NCBI GenBank assembly: GCA_963807015.1
Contig: CAWEAS010000013.1
Coordinates: 175,897 to 239,896 of the forward strand
Reading direction: 5' to 3'
Source: an uncultured Alphaproteobacteria bacterium
Lineage (GTDB): Bacteria; Pseudomonadota; Alphaproteobacteria; Rhizobiales; Xanthobacteraceae
Length of the DNA stretch: 64,000 bases
Below are positions 39,763 through 50,089 of the stretch, in pieces. Position 1 is the first letter of the stretch. Each line of letters starts with the position of its first letter. Below the pieces are notes generated by a model that was not told the DNA's origin, made no database searches, and worked only from the letters and a program-made list of their open reading frames with translations. The translations under genes were made by a program, and so were the position numbers.

Positions 39763-40557
39763 CTAAAAGCGTGCGTTCAGGCCAAGCCGCCCGATGTCTT
39801 CGGTCAGCGTGTGATTGTGAAGGATGGTCGCGAGAGGATTGACCGCGGGAAGGCTATTGGCGCTGGTGTAGCTGACATTTCCCAAATTGACGTGCAGATA
39901 CTCCGCCTTGACCGACCAGCGCGGCGCAAATGCCCATTCGACGCCGCCACCGACGGTCCAGCCCGTCTTGACCTGATCGCTTGACGCGGCGTTGCAGCCG
40001 CCTTCGCCGAAGGGGAAGCAGGCGGAATCGCTGAACTGGACCCGGGCAAAAGCGACCCCGCCCGTCGCGTAGAGCATCCATGGGCCGTCGGCCAATCCCG
40101 CGCGACCGCGGATGGTGGAAAGCCAATTACTCTGAACCGTCTCGGTCACTCCAAAAGACGGAGCGTTGCGCCCAGGCGAATTAGTGCTGCGCGTGCCGTT
40201 GACGCCGGTGTAGTCGAAATCGCCCTCCGCGCCCCAGACAAATGCTCCGGTCTGGTAGTTGCAGCCTGCCTGCCCGCCGCCGCCAACGTTTGTTGTCATA
40301 TAAAGCGCGTTCGCGGTCCCGGTGGAGTTCAAATCGACGGCCGATATTGGAAATCCGGCCTGATTCGGAACCCAGCTGATGTTGTCGCTGGCGAGCCCGA
40401 CCTCAAAATTGCCGCCCGCATAGCAGCCAGTCCACCCGACGATCGGGGCGACAGGCGGCCCGGGAAGAACGGGCAGGATATCGGCCGGCATCGCCGGCAC
40501 CGTCATCGCCCAGACGGCTGCCGCAGCCCCAACGAACCTTCTCATGGCTTTCCCCAT
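39763..40557 (-). CDS. Outer-membrane beta-barrel protein (Omp25/RopB-like), second paralog
   Basis: Signal peptide (MRRFVGAAAAVWAMTVPAMPA) and a C-terminal ...GLNARF. The longer ORF 5' extension is judged non-coding. Confidence 0.7.
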   Translation of the reverse strand: MGKAMRRFVGAAAAVWAMTVPAMPADILPVLPGPPVAPIVGWTGCYAGGNFEVGLASDNISWVPNQAGFPISAVDLNSTGTANALYMTTNVGGGGQAGCNYQTGAFVWGAEGDFDYTGVNGTRSTNSPGRNAPSFGVTETVQSNWLSTIRGRAGLADGPWMLYATGGVAFARVQFSDSACFPFGEGGCNAASSDQVKTGWTVGGGVEWAFAPRWSVKAEYLHVNLGNVSYTSANSLPAVNPLATILHNHTLTEDIGRLGLNARF

Positions 40558-40714
40558 CGGTGATCCCGCAAACCAATCTCTGCATTGCTTTTGCTGGAGC
40601 GAATTCGATGTCCCAAATAAAGAAAAAAGGCAGACGGGCCCGGATGGGCCACGTCTGCCTTCGAGTGCGCCGGTCCCGGCGGGAGGATGTTCGCCGTCGG
40701 CTGGATCAAGGTTG

Positions 40715-43213
40715 TCACCATTTGAATGAAAGCGAAGCTTCATACGTGCGCGGCTCGCCAAGGATGACTTGGTTTTGCAACGACGGATCGGCAAAGGCCG
40801 CGTAGACGGTGTTCGTCAGATTGCGGACGCGAAATCCGAGCCGCGCGATGTCCATATTGGGAAACCAGCCCGGCCTTTTGAAATCGATGAACATATAGGC
40901 GTCAGCGATGAGGTAATTGTCCATCACGACCTGATTGTCGTCGAAGAGATAACGGTTGCCCACATAGCGGACCGACGAGCCGAATTCGATCGGCATCCAA
41001 CGCCACCAATACTGGTCTTCGAACCGATAGGATGCACCGGCATTGACGATGACCGGCGCGACGTTGGGCGGCGTCGTACCGCTGATCAAGGTGCCGTTGA
41101 TCGAATCGTTGACGAAGCGCGAGTGCGTGAGGGCGATGTTGCCCCACAGCTTGAACCCTTGGTACGGGCGTATCGCGGTATTGAACTCGATGCCGCTTGT
41201 CTGGATTTCTCCAGCGAGAGCGAAGAGCGGCGGATTCACCTGGGTCTGCTCATAGACGTTGCGCCGATCGAGGTTGTAGGCCGCGAACGTCCATTCCACC
41301 GCGTTGTTCCAGAGCGACTGCTTGACGCCGGTTTCGTAGATGCGCGAACTCGTCAGCGCCGTCGCCTGCCCCGGTTGCAGTTCAAAGATGGCGGTCGCCG
41401 CCGGATCATAAGAGGTGCTGTACAAGCTGTAGAACACCATCTTGGGGATCGGCTCCCACGTATAGGCGGCGCGGTAAGAGACCGGGTTCCACGCGGCTGA
41501 AAACGGGAAGCCCGGCTCGACGATGCCGGTCGAGTCGATGCTTGCGCTGCGATACATCGAGAATTCGTCGACACGGATGCCGCCGATCAACGCAAAATTG
41601 GGGGTGAGCTTCAGGCGGTCCTCGAACGATTCCGAGACAGTATCGAGGACGCCGATTCTGGTCTGGGTCGCAAGCGGTCCGAACAGGCCGCGGGCCGGGC
41701 CGACCAAGCTGACCGAATCGGTAAAGCTGTTGGTGAAGGTCGATTCCTTGAAGGTGATCTTGTTGTGGCTTGCAGCGAGCTCGGCCGCGAAGCGGTTGTC
41801 CATGCCGAGGAGATGCGAATTAAAGGTCATGTTGGCGATGTTGCCGATGAGATTCTGGTCGTGCGATACGAAAAACCGGTCGCGGTCGACCATGTTGGTC
41901 GCGGTATCGAAGGTGTAGGTTTCGCTGTTCAGAAACGTGCGCGTAGCGTGGTAGCCGTAGGCTTGGTCCTTCACTGTGATGTTCGGTGCAATCTCCAAAT
42001 CAAAGCCGCCGCGCAGAAAGTACTGTGTCGACGCATTGTAGTTGTCGAGCACGTTGTAGTTCGTGGTCAGCGTGCGCGAATCGATCGTCACCGGCCCCAG
42101 AAGGGCGTTCGCACCGGAGACGACGCCGTGCGTCGCGAACGGACCGGAGAATGCAACCGGCACCAGCGGCGTTCCGAAATAGGCATTGCCCGCATCGTGG
42201 TAATATTCGAAGGCGATCCAGGTCTTCAAAACATCCGAGTTCTGGTAGTTGAACCGCGTGGCAACGCTCGACAGCTGCTTGGTATCGCCGTCGATGAAGC
42301 TGTTGACGTGCGAGTAAGCGATATCGAAGCGGTAATCGAGACCTTGGATCGGGGTGCTGCCGCCCGAGCCGAAGCCCGACCGGACCGAGCCGAAGGAGTC
42401 GAGCGACGTGAACGCCTCGTTCTTGATCGGACCGCTGGTCGGCTCCTTGCTCACGTAATTGACCGAGCCGCCGATCGCCCCTTGCCCTGATTCCAGCGCC
42501 GAAGCGCCTTTGAGGAATTCGACCCGATCGAACATGAACGCGTTCATCGAGCGTCCGGTCAGGTCCTGCGGGCCGAGGTTGATGCCGTTATAGAGGATGT
42601 TGATCTGGTCGAACGTAAACCCGCGCATCGAAAAGCCCGCGGGCGCGCCGCCGACGTCGACCGCCAGCACGCCGACCGCGCCCTGCGCGACATCGACGTT
42701 GGTGCGATAGCCTTGTTCCTGGATGGTGGCCTGGTTGACGACGTCAACCGACACCGGGGCTTCAAGCACTGGAAGGCCCAACCGCGTCGCGCTGCTCGGC
42801 ACCGCGTTCAGGTTGGGCCCGGGCGTCGTTGCCGTTCCGGCCGCCGCGCTCTGGGCTGTCGATGCCGTCTGTTGTTGCTGCGGCTGCTGGGGTGGTTGCG
42901 ATGCTGAAGCGCGCTGACGCTCAGCGTTGGTTGGGGCGGCCGCACGCCGGGGAGGCACGGCCGGCGGAGCCGGAGCGGGCCGGGTTGCGGCGGGTCGCGG
43001 GCGGTTCGGAGGCGGCTCAACCGTGACAGGCGGCAGCTTTGGCTGCGCGGTTGGGGACGGCGTAGTCGATGATGCCGGAGGGGTCGGACCGGAAGCAGGC
43101 GGTGTCGGTGGTGTCGATTGATCTTGAGCGGCCGCTAAGTCCCATGGCGAAATCAACGACGCCGCCACGATCGTAGAACTCAGCCACCGAGCACGGCGCA
43201 GAGCAACCGACAT
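40715..43213 (-). CDS. TonB-dependent outer-membrane receptor with a ~130-aa Pro/Gln-rich low-complexity N-terminal extension
   Basis: TonB box / plug region (LPVLEAPVSVDVVNQATIQEQG), a 22-strand barrel region, and the C-terminal ...TYEASLSFKW. The start (MSVALRRARWLSS) is approximate. Confidence 0.85.
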   Translation of the reverse strand: MSVALRRARWLSSTIVAASLISPWDLAAAQDQSTPPTPPASGPTPPASSTTPSPTAQPKLPPVTVEPPPNRPRPAATRPAPAPPAVPPRRAAAPTNAERQRASASQPPQQPQQQQTASTAQSAAAGTATTPGPNLNAVPSSATRLGLPVLEAPVSVDVVNQATIQEQGYRTNVDVAQGAVGVLAVDVGGAPAGFSMRGFTFDQINILYNGINLGPQDLTGRSMNAFMFDRVEFLKGASALESGQGAIGGSVNYVSKEPTSGPIKNEAFTSLDSFGSVRSGFGSGGSTPIQGLDYRFDIAYSHVNSFIDGDTKQLSSVATRFNYQNSDVLKTWIAFEYYHDAGNAYFGTPLVPVAFSGPFATHGVVSGANALLGPVTIDSRTLTTNYNVLDNYNASTQYFLRGGFDLEIAPNITVKDQAYGYHATRTFLNSETYTFDTATNMVDRDRFFVSHDQNLIGNIANMTFNSHLLGMDNRFAAELAASHNKITFKESTFTNSFTDSVSLVGPARGLFGPLATQTRIGVLDTVSESFEDRLKLTPNFALIGGIRVDEFSMYRSASIDSTGIVEPGFPFSAAWNPVSYRAAYTWEPIPKMVFYSLYSTSYDPAATAIFELQPGQATALTSSRIYETGVKQSLWNNAVEWTFAAYNLDRRNVYEQTQVNPPLFALAGEIQTSGIEFNTAIRPYQGFKLWGNIALTHSRFVNDSINGTLISGTTPPNVAPVIVNAGASYRFEDQYWWRWMPIEFGSSVRYVGNRYLFDDNQVVMDNYLIADAYMFIDFKRPGWFPNMDIARLGFRVRNLTNTVYAAFADPSLQNQVILGEPRTYEASLSFKW

Positions 43214-43889
43214 TGCCCTCCCTTGAGTGGAATACACCATCCGGAGCCCCCCCGCGTCATTCGCGATCAAACTCGCGATGCGCCCAACGCGTCCCGGTTG
43301 CACAGCGAAGCGATTGATGACGCCGCTTCAAGCGCTCCCAGATCGTTAATATAAGTTAGGAAGGCGTTCCGAATATTGTCAACAAAACACTCACCTGTTT
43401 TCTTATTAAAAATGCGAGAAACAATTATCGTGTTGTTGCTCGATCACAGAAAATAACTCATCAAAAATATTATAGGTGGGGTATCTTAACGGACGTATGG
43501 CGGGGCAAAAAGTGTGAAAGATAGTGTAGGGCATTATGGTTTTTGCCTAACAGAATGCCGGCCGCTCAGCGCTTTTCGGCGGTCGGCTGCAGCATTCGAG
43601 CGCGCAAACGAAACTCCAAAAATCATATAGGGGAGGATAGTATCTCGCGGCGCGCACGATTTGGCCGTGGTCCCGCGCTGTCAGATGATTGGTTTGACTC
43701 CGAGCCCGCCACGGGATCAACATCTTCGCCAAGCTTTCCGAGCGAGGCACGAACCAACGCCATCACGAACGCACAGGTGAAGAATGGGAGGAGTACTACC
43801 GGCGGCAATGATCGGGGGAATAGCGGGTCGCTCGCCGTGGTCAGCCGCGCGATCGGCACCGCTCGATCCCTGAACAGCCGCATCGTCCG

Positions 43890-44681
43890 ATGTCACCCTA
43901 CGGTGGTTCGCAAGGAATCTCGCTGCGCGTATGGACGTGCGCCGCGCTTGGCGCCATCGCGCTTCATGCCGGCGTCGCCGCACTGGCGAGCAAATACCTG
44001 AGGGAAGACGACAGCGAAGAGCTGGGAACTCCGGCGATCGAGATCGGTCTTGAATTTCTATCTCCGCATGTGGAGAGAGATGACCTGCCGCCCGGTCCTG
44101 ACGTCGAGGCCTCGTTGCCCACGCCGCCGGTCATCGAACAGACGCAGGTCATCGATCCGCCGGTGCTGCCGCGGGATACTCCGATCGAGACGGACGATCC
44201 CGACCGTGTCGTCGCGCCACTCGAGACCGAGAAGCCAAGGATTGAGGAGCCGACGACCCCGACCATCCCCGCGCTGCCGACGGTCGCCTCCTTGGCGGCC
44301 GAAGCGACGGCTCCGCCAACATCCGAGATCATCGAAAAATCGACCCGTTCGATCACTCCGGCGCAAGGGACCGGTGAAAGTCCCGACCGCGTGCGGGCGA
44401 CTTGGCAAAAAGACCTGATCGCTCATCTCAATCGACACAAACTCTATCCGGTCCGGCATTCGCTCGCGGGCGCAAACATCCTGGTCACCTTCGTGCTCGA
44501 CGAGACGGGGCACGTGCTGTCCTCGCGCGTCGTCGAGGGATCCGGCGACAGTTCCTTCGACGAGGCTGCGCTTTCGATGATCCAGCGATCGGACCCGGTA
44601 CCAAAGCCCCCAGCGCTCATCGTGCAGGGCGGTTTGGAATTCACGCTTCCGGTCGTGTTTAGAGCAAACACCGGGCGCTGA
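43890..44681 (+). CDS. tonB: Energy transducer TonB
   Basis: N-terminal anchor, a Pro-rich spacer, and a C-terminal TonB domain (...ILVTFVLDETGHVLSSRVVEGSGDSSFDEAALSMIQRSDPVPKPP). It is divergent from the TBDR. No exbBD is adjacent. Confidence 0.8.
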   Translation: MSPYGGSQGISLRVWTCAALGAIALHAGVAALASKYLREDDSEELGTPAIEIGLEFLSPHVERDDLPPGPDVEASLPTPPVIEQTQVIDPPVLPRDTPIETDDPDRVVAPLETEKPRIEEPTTPTIPALPTVASLAAEATAPPTSEIIEKSTRSITPAQGTGESPDRVRATWQKDLIAHLNRHKLYPVRHSLAGANILVTFVLDETGHVLSSRVVEGSGDSSFDEAALSMIQRSDPVPKPPALIVQGGLEFTLPVVFRANTGR

Positions 44682-44758
44682 AGTCTGCGACAAAAAAACG
44701 ACCGGCACGGACGGATAGGGGGTCTCGAAACCGGCGACGTCACCAGGCTGTTCGGCCC

Positions 44759-44959
44759 GTGATGGAGGAGTTGCAGAAGCGAGGCAAATTTGCCGGCGAC
44801 ATTGTCAACGTCGTGGGCGCTCCGGTTTCGATCGTCGTGCGCGCCGGAGCGCCGAAGCCCGGCAGCAAATCAGCGGAAGCGGTGAAGGCGCTCATCAAAT
44901 TCCTCACCGGCCCCGAAGCAGCGCCTCGCCTCAAGGCCAATGGATTTGAACCGGGGTAG
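44759..44959 (+). pseudogene. C-terminal remnant of a ModA-like substrate-binding protein
   Basis: The 66-aa ORF ends ...AEAVKALIKFLTGPEAAPRLKANGFEP, resembling the C-terminus of the intact SBP at 31181-31942. No upstream domain is present. Confidence 0.5.
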
Positions 44960-45053
44960 GTACCGCGAGGCGCGTCGGCAGTGCGCCTCTTCACGACGCG
45001 TCGAGCAGCAACGCGGAGAGCAGCAACCCGCAGAACAAGATGTCGGCGCCGTC

Positions 45054-45470
45054 CTACTGCGGCGCTGGCGAAGCGGAGACGGCGTGCCGTTTCGGTGGCG
45101 GCTTTTTCGCCGGCGGCGTCAGAGGCTGGAGCGTGGCGACCAGTGGGGCCGGCGTGAACACCGGCGCTGCCGGCGTCACGTAACTGCCGCCCTCCATCAC
45201 CGAGTGAACCGTCAGCGTTTGCGGCTCGTATCCGGCGAGTGAAAAGGTCACGGTGAAGTCGTTGGGAGACCCGATCTGCATCGTGCAGGGGGTGTGGCAG
45301 GTTCCGCCGAGCGACGTCCGCGCTTCCGCGCCCCCAGGATTCGATTCGATCAATAGCAGCGTGGTCGTCGGCTTCGGCTTTAAAGCCTCCATCGAGGTGC
45401 AGGCCGCGAGCGCAAGGCCGCAGATCGCGACGGCAACGGTTCGATTAGTGACTACGGACACAGCACCCAT
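45054..45470 (-). CDS. PEGA-domain lipoprotein
   Basis: Lipobox LALAAC, followed by an ...SNPGGAEARTSLGG...GYEPQT pattern typical of the PEGA domain. Confidence 0.6.
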   Translation of the reverse strand: MGAVSVVTNRTVAVAICGLALAACTSMEALKPKPTTTLLLIESNPGGAEARTSLGGTCHTPCTMQIGSPNDFTVTFSLAGYEPQTLTVHSVMEGGSYVTPAAPVFTPAPLVATLQPLTPPAKKPPPKRHAVSASPAPQ

Positions 45471-45623
45471 TTCGTGGGTCCCGCTGTTCGGTTGGCATGA
45501 TGTCCCGCGTGAAACGCGTGAATCTCTAATCTGAATCTGAATCGACGCAAGCGCAACCGGTAGGCGCGCTCGTTTCCACAGCAGGATGTCTGCGGAACGG
45601 ATAGGCCATTTCGTAGCGTCCGA

Positions 45624-46613
45624 TCATGCGGGCGGCGGCAGCCGGTGCACGCTCGTAACCTCAAGATCCTCCTCTGTGCGAATCCGGGCAATGGCGGGTG
45701 CGATTGCCTCGATCGCGACGGCCATGTGATGCCCGCTGGCGTGCACCATGGTCGTTTCGTCGCGCACGATGGCGACGTGGCCCTTCCAGAAGATGAGATC
45801 GCCGCGCCGTAGCTGCGCAAGGTCGCCTGGGTTCGCGAGCGCGCTGCCCAGCGCCCGTTCCTGCATGTCGCTGTCGCGCGGACACTTCACGCCGCAGGCG
45901 GTGAGCGCAAGCTGCACCAGTCCCGAGCAGTCGAGACCGTCGCTGGTCTTTCCGCCCCACAGATACGGCGCGCCCAAGAATCGCTCCGCCACCGCGACGA
46001 AGTCGGTTTCCATGGTCGCGAGCGGCGCGACATGAACAAGAGGCACGTGACCGCCGGCAGGGGTGATCGCAAACGGCCCCTCCATGCGTGCGATGGCAAG
46101 CTCGCTGCCGAACGGCAGCGTCTCGAGCGGCGGAAGTTTGATCGAGGGGCCCGGGAAAACGAGCGTGCGGAGCGCCGTCACCTTATGGGTCGTGGCGGGT
46201 CCGGGAGGGCCGAGCGCACTCGCGGGCAGGAACCCGACATAGCCGTCGGCGGCGAGCTGACCCCACGCCCAGCCGTCTTCGCTGACGTCGTAGATCGTCA
46301 CCCGCTCGCCCTTGAGCGCTTCGGTCAGCAGTTCCGCCGCGGCCGAAGGCGAGCGGCGCACCGGCGCTTGCGGGGCTACGATCTCGTAGGCCTTTCCTTC
46401 GACGAAACGCTCCGCGTCGACAGTGCCGGCGAGATGCTTTGCCGCGAGGTCGCGGCGCGCCGGTGTCAGCCGCGGGTCGAATTTTGTCGATCGCGCCGGA
46501 CCATCGCCACCCGATGGGGCCGCCGGTTGCTGCGCGCGCGCCGCAAGCGGCCAGGCGACCGCGCTGCCCAGAAGCGCCACGAACTCGCGTCGTTTCATCC
46601 AATCGAACTGCAT
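45624..46613 (-). CDS. NlpC/P60 family cell-wall peptidase (C40) with an N-terminal SH3b-like region
   Basis: Signal peptide; catalytic Cys context (DCSGLVQL), His (GHVAIV) and the third residue (MVHAS). Confidence 0.8.
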   Translation of the reverse strand: MQFDWMKRREFVALLGSAVAWPLAARAQQPAAPSGGDGPARSTKFDPRLTPARRDLAAKHLAGTVDAERFVEGKAYEIVAPQAPVRRSPSAAAELLTEALKGERVTIYDVSEDGWAWGQLAADGYVGFLPASALGPPGPATTHKVTALRTLVFPGPSIKLPPLETLPFGSELAIARMEGPFAITPAGGHVPLVHVAPLATMETDFVAVAERFLGAPYLWGGKTSDGLDCSGLVQLALTACGVKCPRDSDMQERALGSALANPGDLAQLRRGDLIFWKGHVAIVRDETTMVHASGHHMAVAIEAIAPAIARIRTEEDLEVTSVHRLPPPA

Positions 46614-46742
46614 CCGATCACCGCTCGGGCGACTCTAAGCTCCGACGTTTTCGCTCCCATTCTCCAACGCATGCCAGTCGCCCGGTCAAGCCGGGTGACT
46701 GCAAAAATGGGCCGCGAAGGCGGACCGCCGCGACGTCGCCGG

Positions 46743-48782
46743 TTACCCTGTCCCGCGCGCCGGACGGCGCCGCTCGTGGAACCACGAACGGTATTGCGTC
46801 ATCTTCGAGCGCTGCGCCGATGGTGCATGGCGCTTGCAGGTCGACGCCTCAGGGCTCCGCTCGGGCGCGCCCCACCGCAGTTCGACGCAATCGTTGACAT
46901 TGTAAGCCATCTCGATATCGACCATGCGGTCGATGACGTCTTTCAGCGTGAGCGTCCACGGCGAGCCATCGCTGCGCGGATACGAGAACTTGCGCTCAGC
47001 AAGCTCCGACGCCAGGATGCCATCCAGTTCCGCCTTGACGTCGGCGACGCTCTTGCCCGCGGGCATGGCATAGCGCTCAGGGCGCCGTGCGACGCGCTCC
47101 GGGAACCGATGCACCACGTCGATCGCGATCAGCAGACGCAGATCGCGCGATGGCGTCGCGAAATCTTCCCACGCGCCCGTGGTCTCGAAGATCGCCGCAC
47201 CATCCGGCATTTCGGCATCGCCGCGCGCGCTGTTCTGATACTTGCGGCCGTTCTCGACCGAGGTGACGCGCGCCTTCACCTGTTCGTCAAGCGACGCGAT
47301 CGCCTCTCGCATCGCGCGCGCGGGATCGAGCGGCGACGGCGACATCACGTCGTCCATGCGATCGTAGAAGTCATCGATCGACATCTGCGCCTGGTCGAGC
47401 GAAAAATTGCCGTACTGCGGATTCTTCGCGATTTCGGCGTTGGTCAGGCGATGCAGGTTGCCGTTCTTCTCCCGCACGATCGGCCGGAACCGCTTAAAGC
47501 CGGGGCCGCCGAGTGCCGGATCCTGCGCGAACAGGAAGTTGCCGCGCCAGAAGCGTTTGCGCGCGACGGTGCCGTCCGGCTGGGCGTCCACGGCAAAAAG
47601 GATGCCCGCCGTGTCGCCGGTCTGCGCGATGCGCTTGGCGAGCACCAGCACGTGTCCGTACGGATCGGCGAACAAGGTGCCCGGGCGCAGCGCGTCCTCG
47701 TTGAGCGCCACCGGATAATAATCAGTGTTGTCGTCGTTGAGCCGCGTGCGCGCCGAACCGGAATGGACGCCGTCGGCGACGACCGGCAGGTAACGGGCGA
47801 ACCCCGGCACGAGCCCCTGCGGCTTCGGCGGTCCCGGCACCGGCTTCATGGCAACCGGCGTGGCCGGATGCGGCACCTGCTGGCCGAACATGTCGAGCAC
47901 GCCGTGCGCCGCGGTCTTCGGCTCGGGCGGCGGACGCTCCTCGACGCGCTGGATGTTGAACCATTCGAAGCACTTCGGCGGCTCGCCGCCGTCGCCGCGC
48001 GTGCACTTCGAGTAGCCGAAGGGCAGCCCCATCTTGAACGCGAAATAGGCGCGCAAGAAGTACGGCAGATCGGCGCAATCCGGACGGATGGTGATGTTCG
48101 ACTTGTCTTCGTTGAGACCGAGATGGTTGTAGAGCGCATTGCGCGATTGATCGCGCAGCACTTCGTGGAGTGCCTTCCACGACAGCGTATCTTCGACCGG
48201 CGCGTCGAAGAGCTTCTCGATCCATGCGGAATAGAGATTTTCCGTCGCCCGGTTCCAGGTGTTGCGCACCGGCCAGAGCGTGCCGTCGGCGGTGCCCGGC
48301 CGCGGCGGCTGCTTGGCAGCGACGGTGATCTCACGGGACAGCGTGCCGCACTCGCTCGGGCTGCCGTCGCGCACCAGCGTGGCGTGCCACGAGCCCGGCG
48401 CCGGCAAGTCCACCTCGGCATACCAGAAATACGGCGGGCCCCCGTGCCGCTCTTTCGACGTGACCGCGACGGTACCGTCGGGCGCGATCAGCGAGAACTC
48501 GCCATCGAGCGGTTTCTCCGCGGTGAAGAAGACGTGCAGCGGCGCGCCCTTCCACGGCGAGATCGGAGAGGCGAGGACCGCGAGTTCGGCCGCCTCCTCG
48601 CATGCGTTGAGAGGAGCTTCGGCCCGCGAATCCACGACCGGGCCAAGCAAAACGGAAAAGGCACCTGCGGTCAGCACCAAAGCCGACGCAGCCGCAAGAA
48701 GCTGGCGAGCACGTGTCAATGGAGTCCCCCTCCCATCCACAATTCTCGCGGACAGCTTTGGCTGAATCAAGGCAATCTCCAC
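46743..48782 (-). CDS. Large secreted hypothetical protein (about 650 aa)
   Basis: Signal-like N-terminus (LLAAASALVLTAGAFSVLLGP). No recognised catalytic motif. It lies upstream of the NlpC/P60 gene on the same strand. Confidence 0.6.
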   Translation of the reverse strand: MEIALIQPKLSARIVDGRGTPLTRARQLLAAASALVLTAGAFSVLLGPVVDSRAEAPLNACEEAAELAVLASPISPWKGAPLHVFFTAEKPLDGEFSLIAPDGTVAVTSKERHGGPPYFWYAEVDLPAPGSWHATLVRDGSPSECGTLSREITVAAKQPPRPGTADGTLWPVRNTWNRATENLYSAWIEKLFDAPVEDTLSWKALHEVLRDQSRNALYNHLGLNEDKSNITIRPDCADLPYFLRAYFAFKMGLPFGYSKCTRGDGGEPPKCFEWFNIQRVEERPPPEPKTAAHGVLDMFGQQVPHPATPVAMKPVPGPPKPQGLVPGFARYLPVVADGVHSGSARTRLNDDNTDYYPVALNEDALRPGTLFADPYGHVLVLAKRIAQTGDTAGILFAVDAQPDGTVARKRFWRGNFLFAQDPALGGPGFKRFRPIVREKNGNLHRLTNAEIAKNPQYGNFSLDQAQMSIDDFYDRMDDVMSPSPLDPARAMREAIASLDEQVKARVTSVENGRKYQNSARGDAEMPDGAAIFETTGAWEDFATPSRDLRLLIAIDVVHRFPERVARRPERYAMPAGKSVADVKAELDGILASELAERKFSYPRSDGSPWTLTLKDVIDRMVDIEMAYNVNDCVELRWGAPERSPEASTCKRHAPSAQRSKMTQYRSWFHERRRPARGTG

Positions 48783-49045
48783 GGAATTCGCAGGCGGACT
48801 GCAAAGGTAACATCATCAGTCAGCCGGCGCACGCGAGGAAAAAGCGGCTTTGCTTACACGCACTTAACCACTTTGTGCTCCACGCATCCGCCTCCTACGC
48901 GCGGGCGCTTGGTCAGCCAGCCGACCATCGTGCGATATTGCAATCCCACTGCGCCCGAAGGACTGCGCGCCAACGACTGAGATGGGCGAGTCGTCCAAAG
49001 CTGATACTCTGTTTGACCCGATGGCGCCGGCATGGGTGATTAGCC

Positions 49046-49885
49046 GTGAGATTGGTCCTACGCTATTTCCGACGTCTGATCGTCCTGGGGCTCGGCGTTT
49101 TCACTGTCTGGCTGATCGTCTCCGTCTTTGATTTCGCGGATCAAAGGCTGCCGTGGATTGTGGCTTTGAGCCTCACATACGGCGCGGCGGCATACATCAT
49201 TCTCCCGCGCGCCGTTCGCATGGGGCTGAAAATCCTCCAGCGCAAACGCGTTCCGTCCTACACGATCACCGGCGACGGATTGCCGGGTGACCCCGTCAAT
49301 CTTGCATTGATCGGCACGCTGCAACAGCTTCGCGGCGCCTTCGCCAAGGCCGGCTGGTCGCAGGCTGATCGGCTCAATCTGGCAAGCTCGTGGCGCATGG
49401 CCCGCGCGTTCGTGCTGAAATCGCCTTATCCGACGGCGCCGTTCAGCACTTTGTATCTTTTCGGACGCGGCCAGGACATCGGTTTTCAGAAGCCCATCGA
49501 TGACAGCCCGCGCAAGCGCCACCACATTCGGTTCTGGGCATTGAGCAGTGCGCACGTCGAAACGCTGGGAACTGCGAACTTCTGGCTCAACAAGGATCGC
49601 CCCCCGGATGAAGAACACGTTCTTTGGGTCGGCGCCGGGACGATGGATACCGGTCTTTCGCTAACGCGAATGACGTTCCAGATCACTCACGCCACCAATT
49701 CCGATACGAATATCGAACGCGATTATATCGTCGGCGAATTGAAGACCCATCAAGTCATCGAGGACGTGAGAGCCTATCAATCCGGCGACCAGCTGGGTGC
49801 GGCGCCCGTCAACCACTACGTCACGGATGGGGAAGTGACGGTCGCCAGCCTCGTAAAATGGCTGCTGCACTCGGCGAGTCGATGA
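49046..49885 (+). CDS. Membrane-anchored protein with an LssY C-terminal-like domain
   Basis: GTG start, a single N-terminal TM helix, then a soluble domain. The family assignment is from memory only. Confidence 0.45.
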   Translation: MRLVLRYFRRLIVLGLGVFTVWLIVSVFDFADQRLPWIVALSLTYGAAAYIILPRAVRMGLKILQRKRVPSYTITGDGLPGDPVNLALIGTLQQLRGAFAKAGWSQADRLNLASSWRMARAFVLKSPYPTAPFSTLYLFGRGQDIGFQKPIDDSPRKRHHIRFWALSSAHVETLGTANFWLNKDRPPDEEHVLWVGAGTMDTGLSLTRMTFQITHATNSDTNIERDYIVGELKTHQVIEDVRAYQSGDQLGAAPVNHYVTDGEVTVASLVKWLLHSASR

Positions 49886-49909
49886 ATTGGGAAGGTGTCG
49901 GCCTGTGGC

Positions 49910-50079
49910 GTAGCCCGGATGGAGCGCCGGCTTGCCGGCGCGTAATCCGGGGCGGCGTCTCCTAATCCGGCGGCGTCTCCTAATCCGGCGACGCGGCCTA
50001 ATCCGCGGGCGGCGTATGCGATTGTTGAAGTGCTGGCCCCGGATTACGCGCCGGCAAGCCGGCGCTTCATCCGGGCTAC
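49910..50079. repeat. Large REP-like element: 43-bp near-perfect inverted arms flanking three tandem ctaatccg-containing units
   Basis: Left arm gtagcccggatggagcgccggcttgccggcgcgtaatccgggg. The right arm is its reverse complement with one mismatch. The core contains ...gtctcctaatccggcggc gtctcctaatccggcgacgcggcctaatccgcgg. Confidence 0.85.
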
Positions 50080-50089
50080 CACTTAAGGA

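Noticed and set aside
43543-44001. 152-aa ORF upstream of and overlapping the tonB start
   Set aside because: It has low-complexity Arg/Ser-rich sequence and no RBS. The region is better explained as the AT-rich regulatory region plus the tonB 5' end.
46032-48980. 982-aa ORF on the plus strand
   Set aside because: It is fully antisense to the 46743-48782 gene. The Arg/Ala/Gly-rich low-complexity translation is typical of GC-rich overprinting and has no motifs.
49910-50079. Possible CRISPR array, because of the tandem ctaatccgg units
   Set aside because: There are only about three short irregular units, embedded in a 43-bp inverted-repeat REP element. There are no spacers of regular length and no cas genes.
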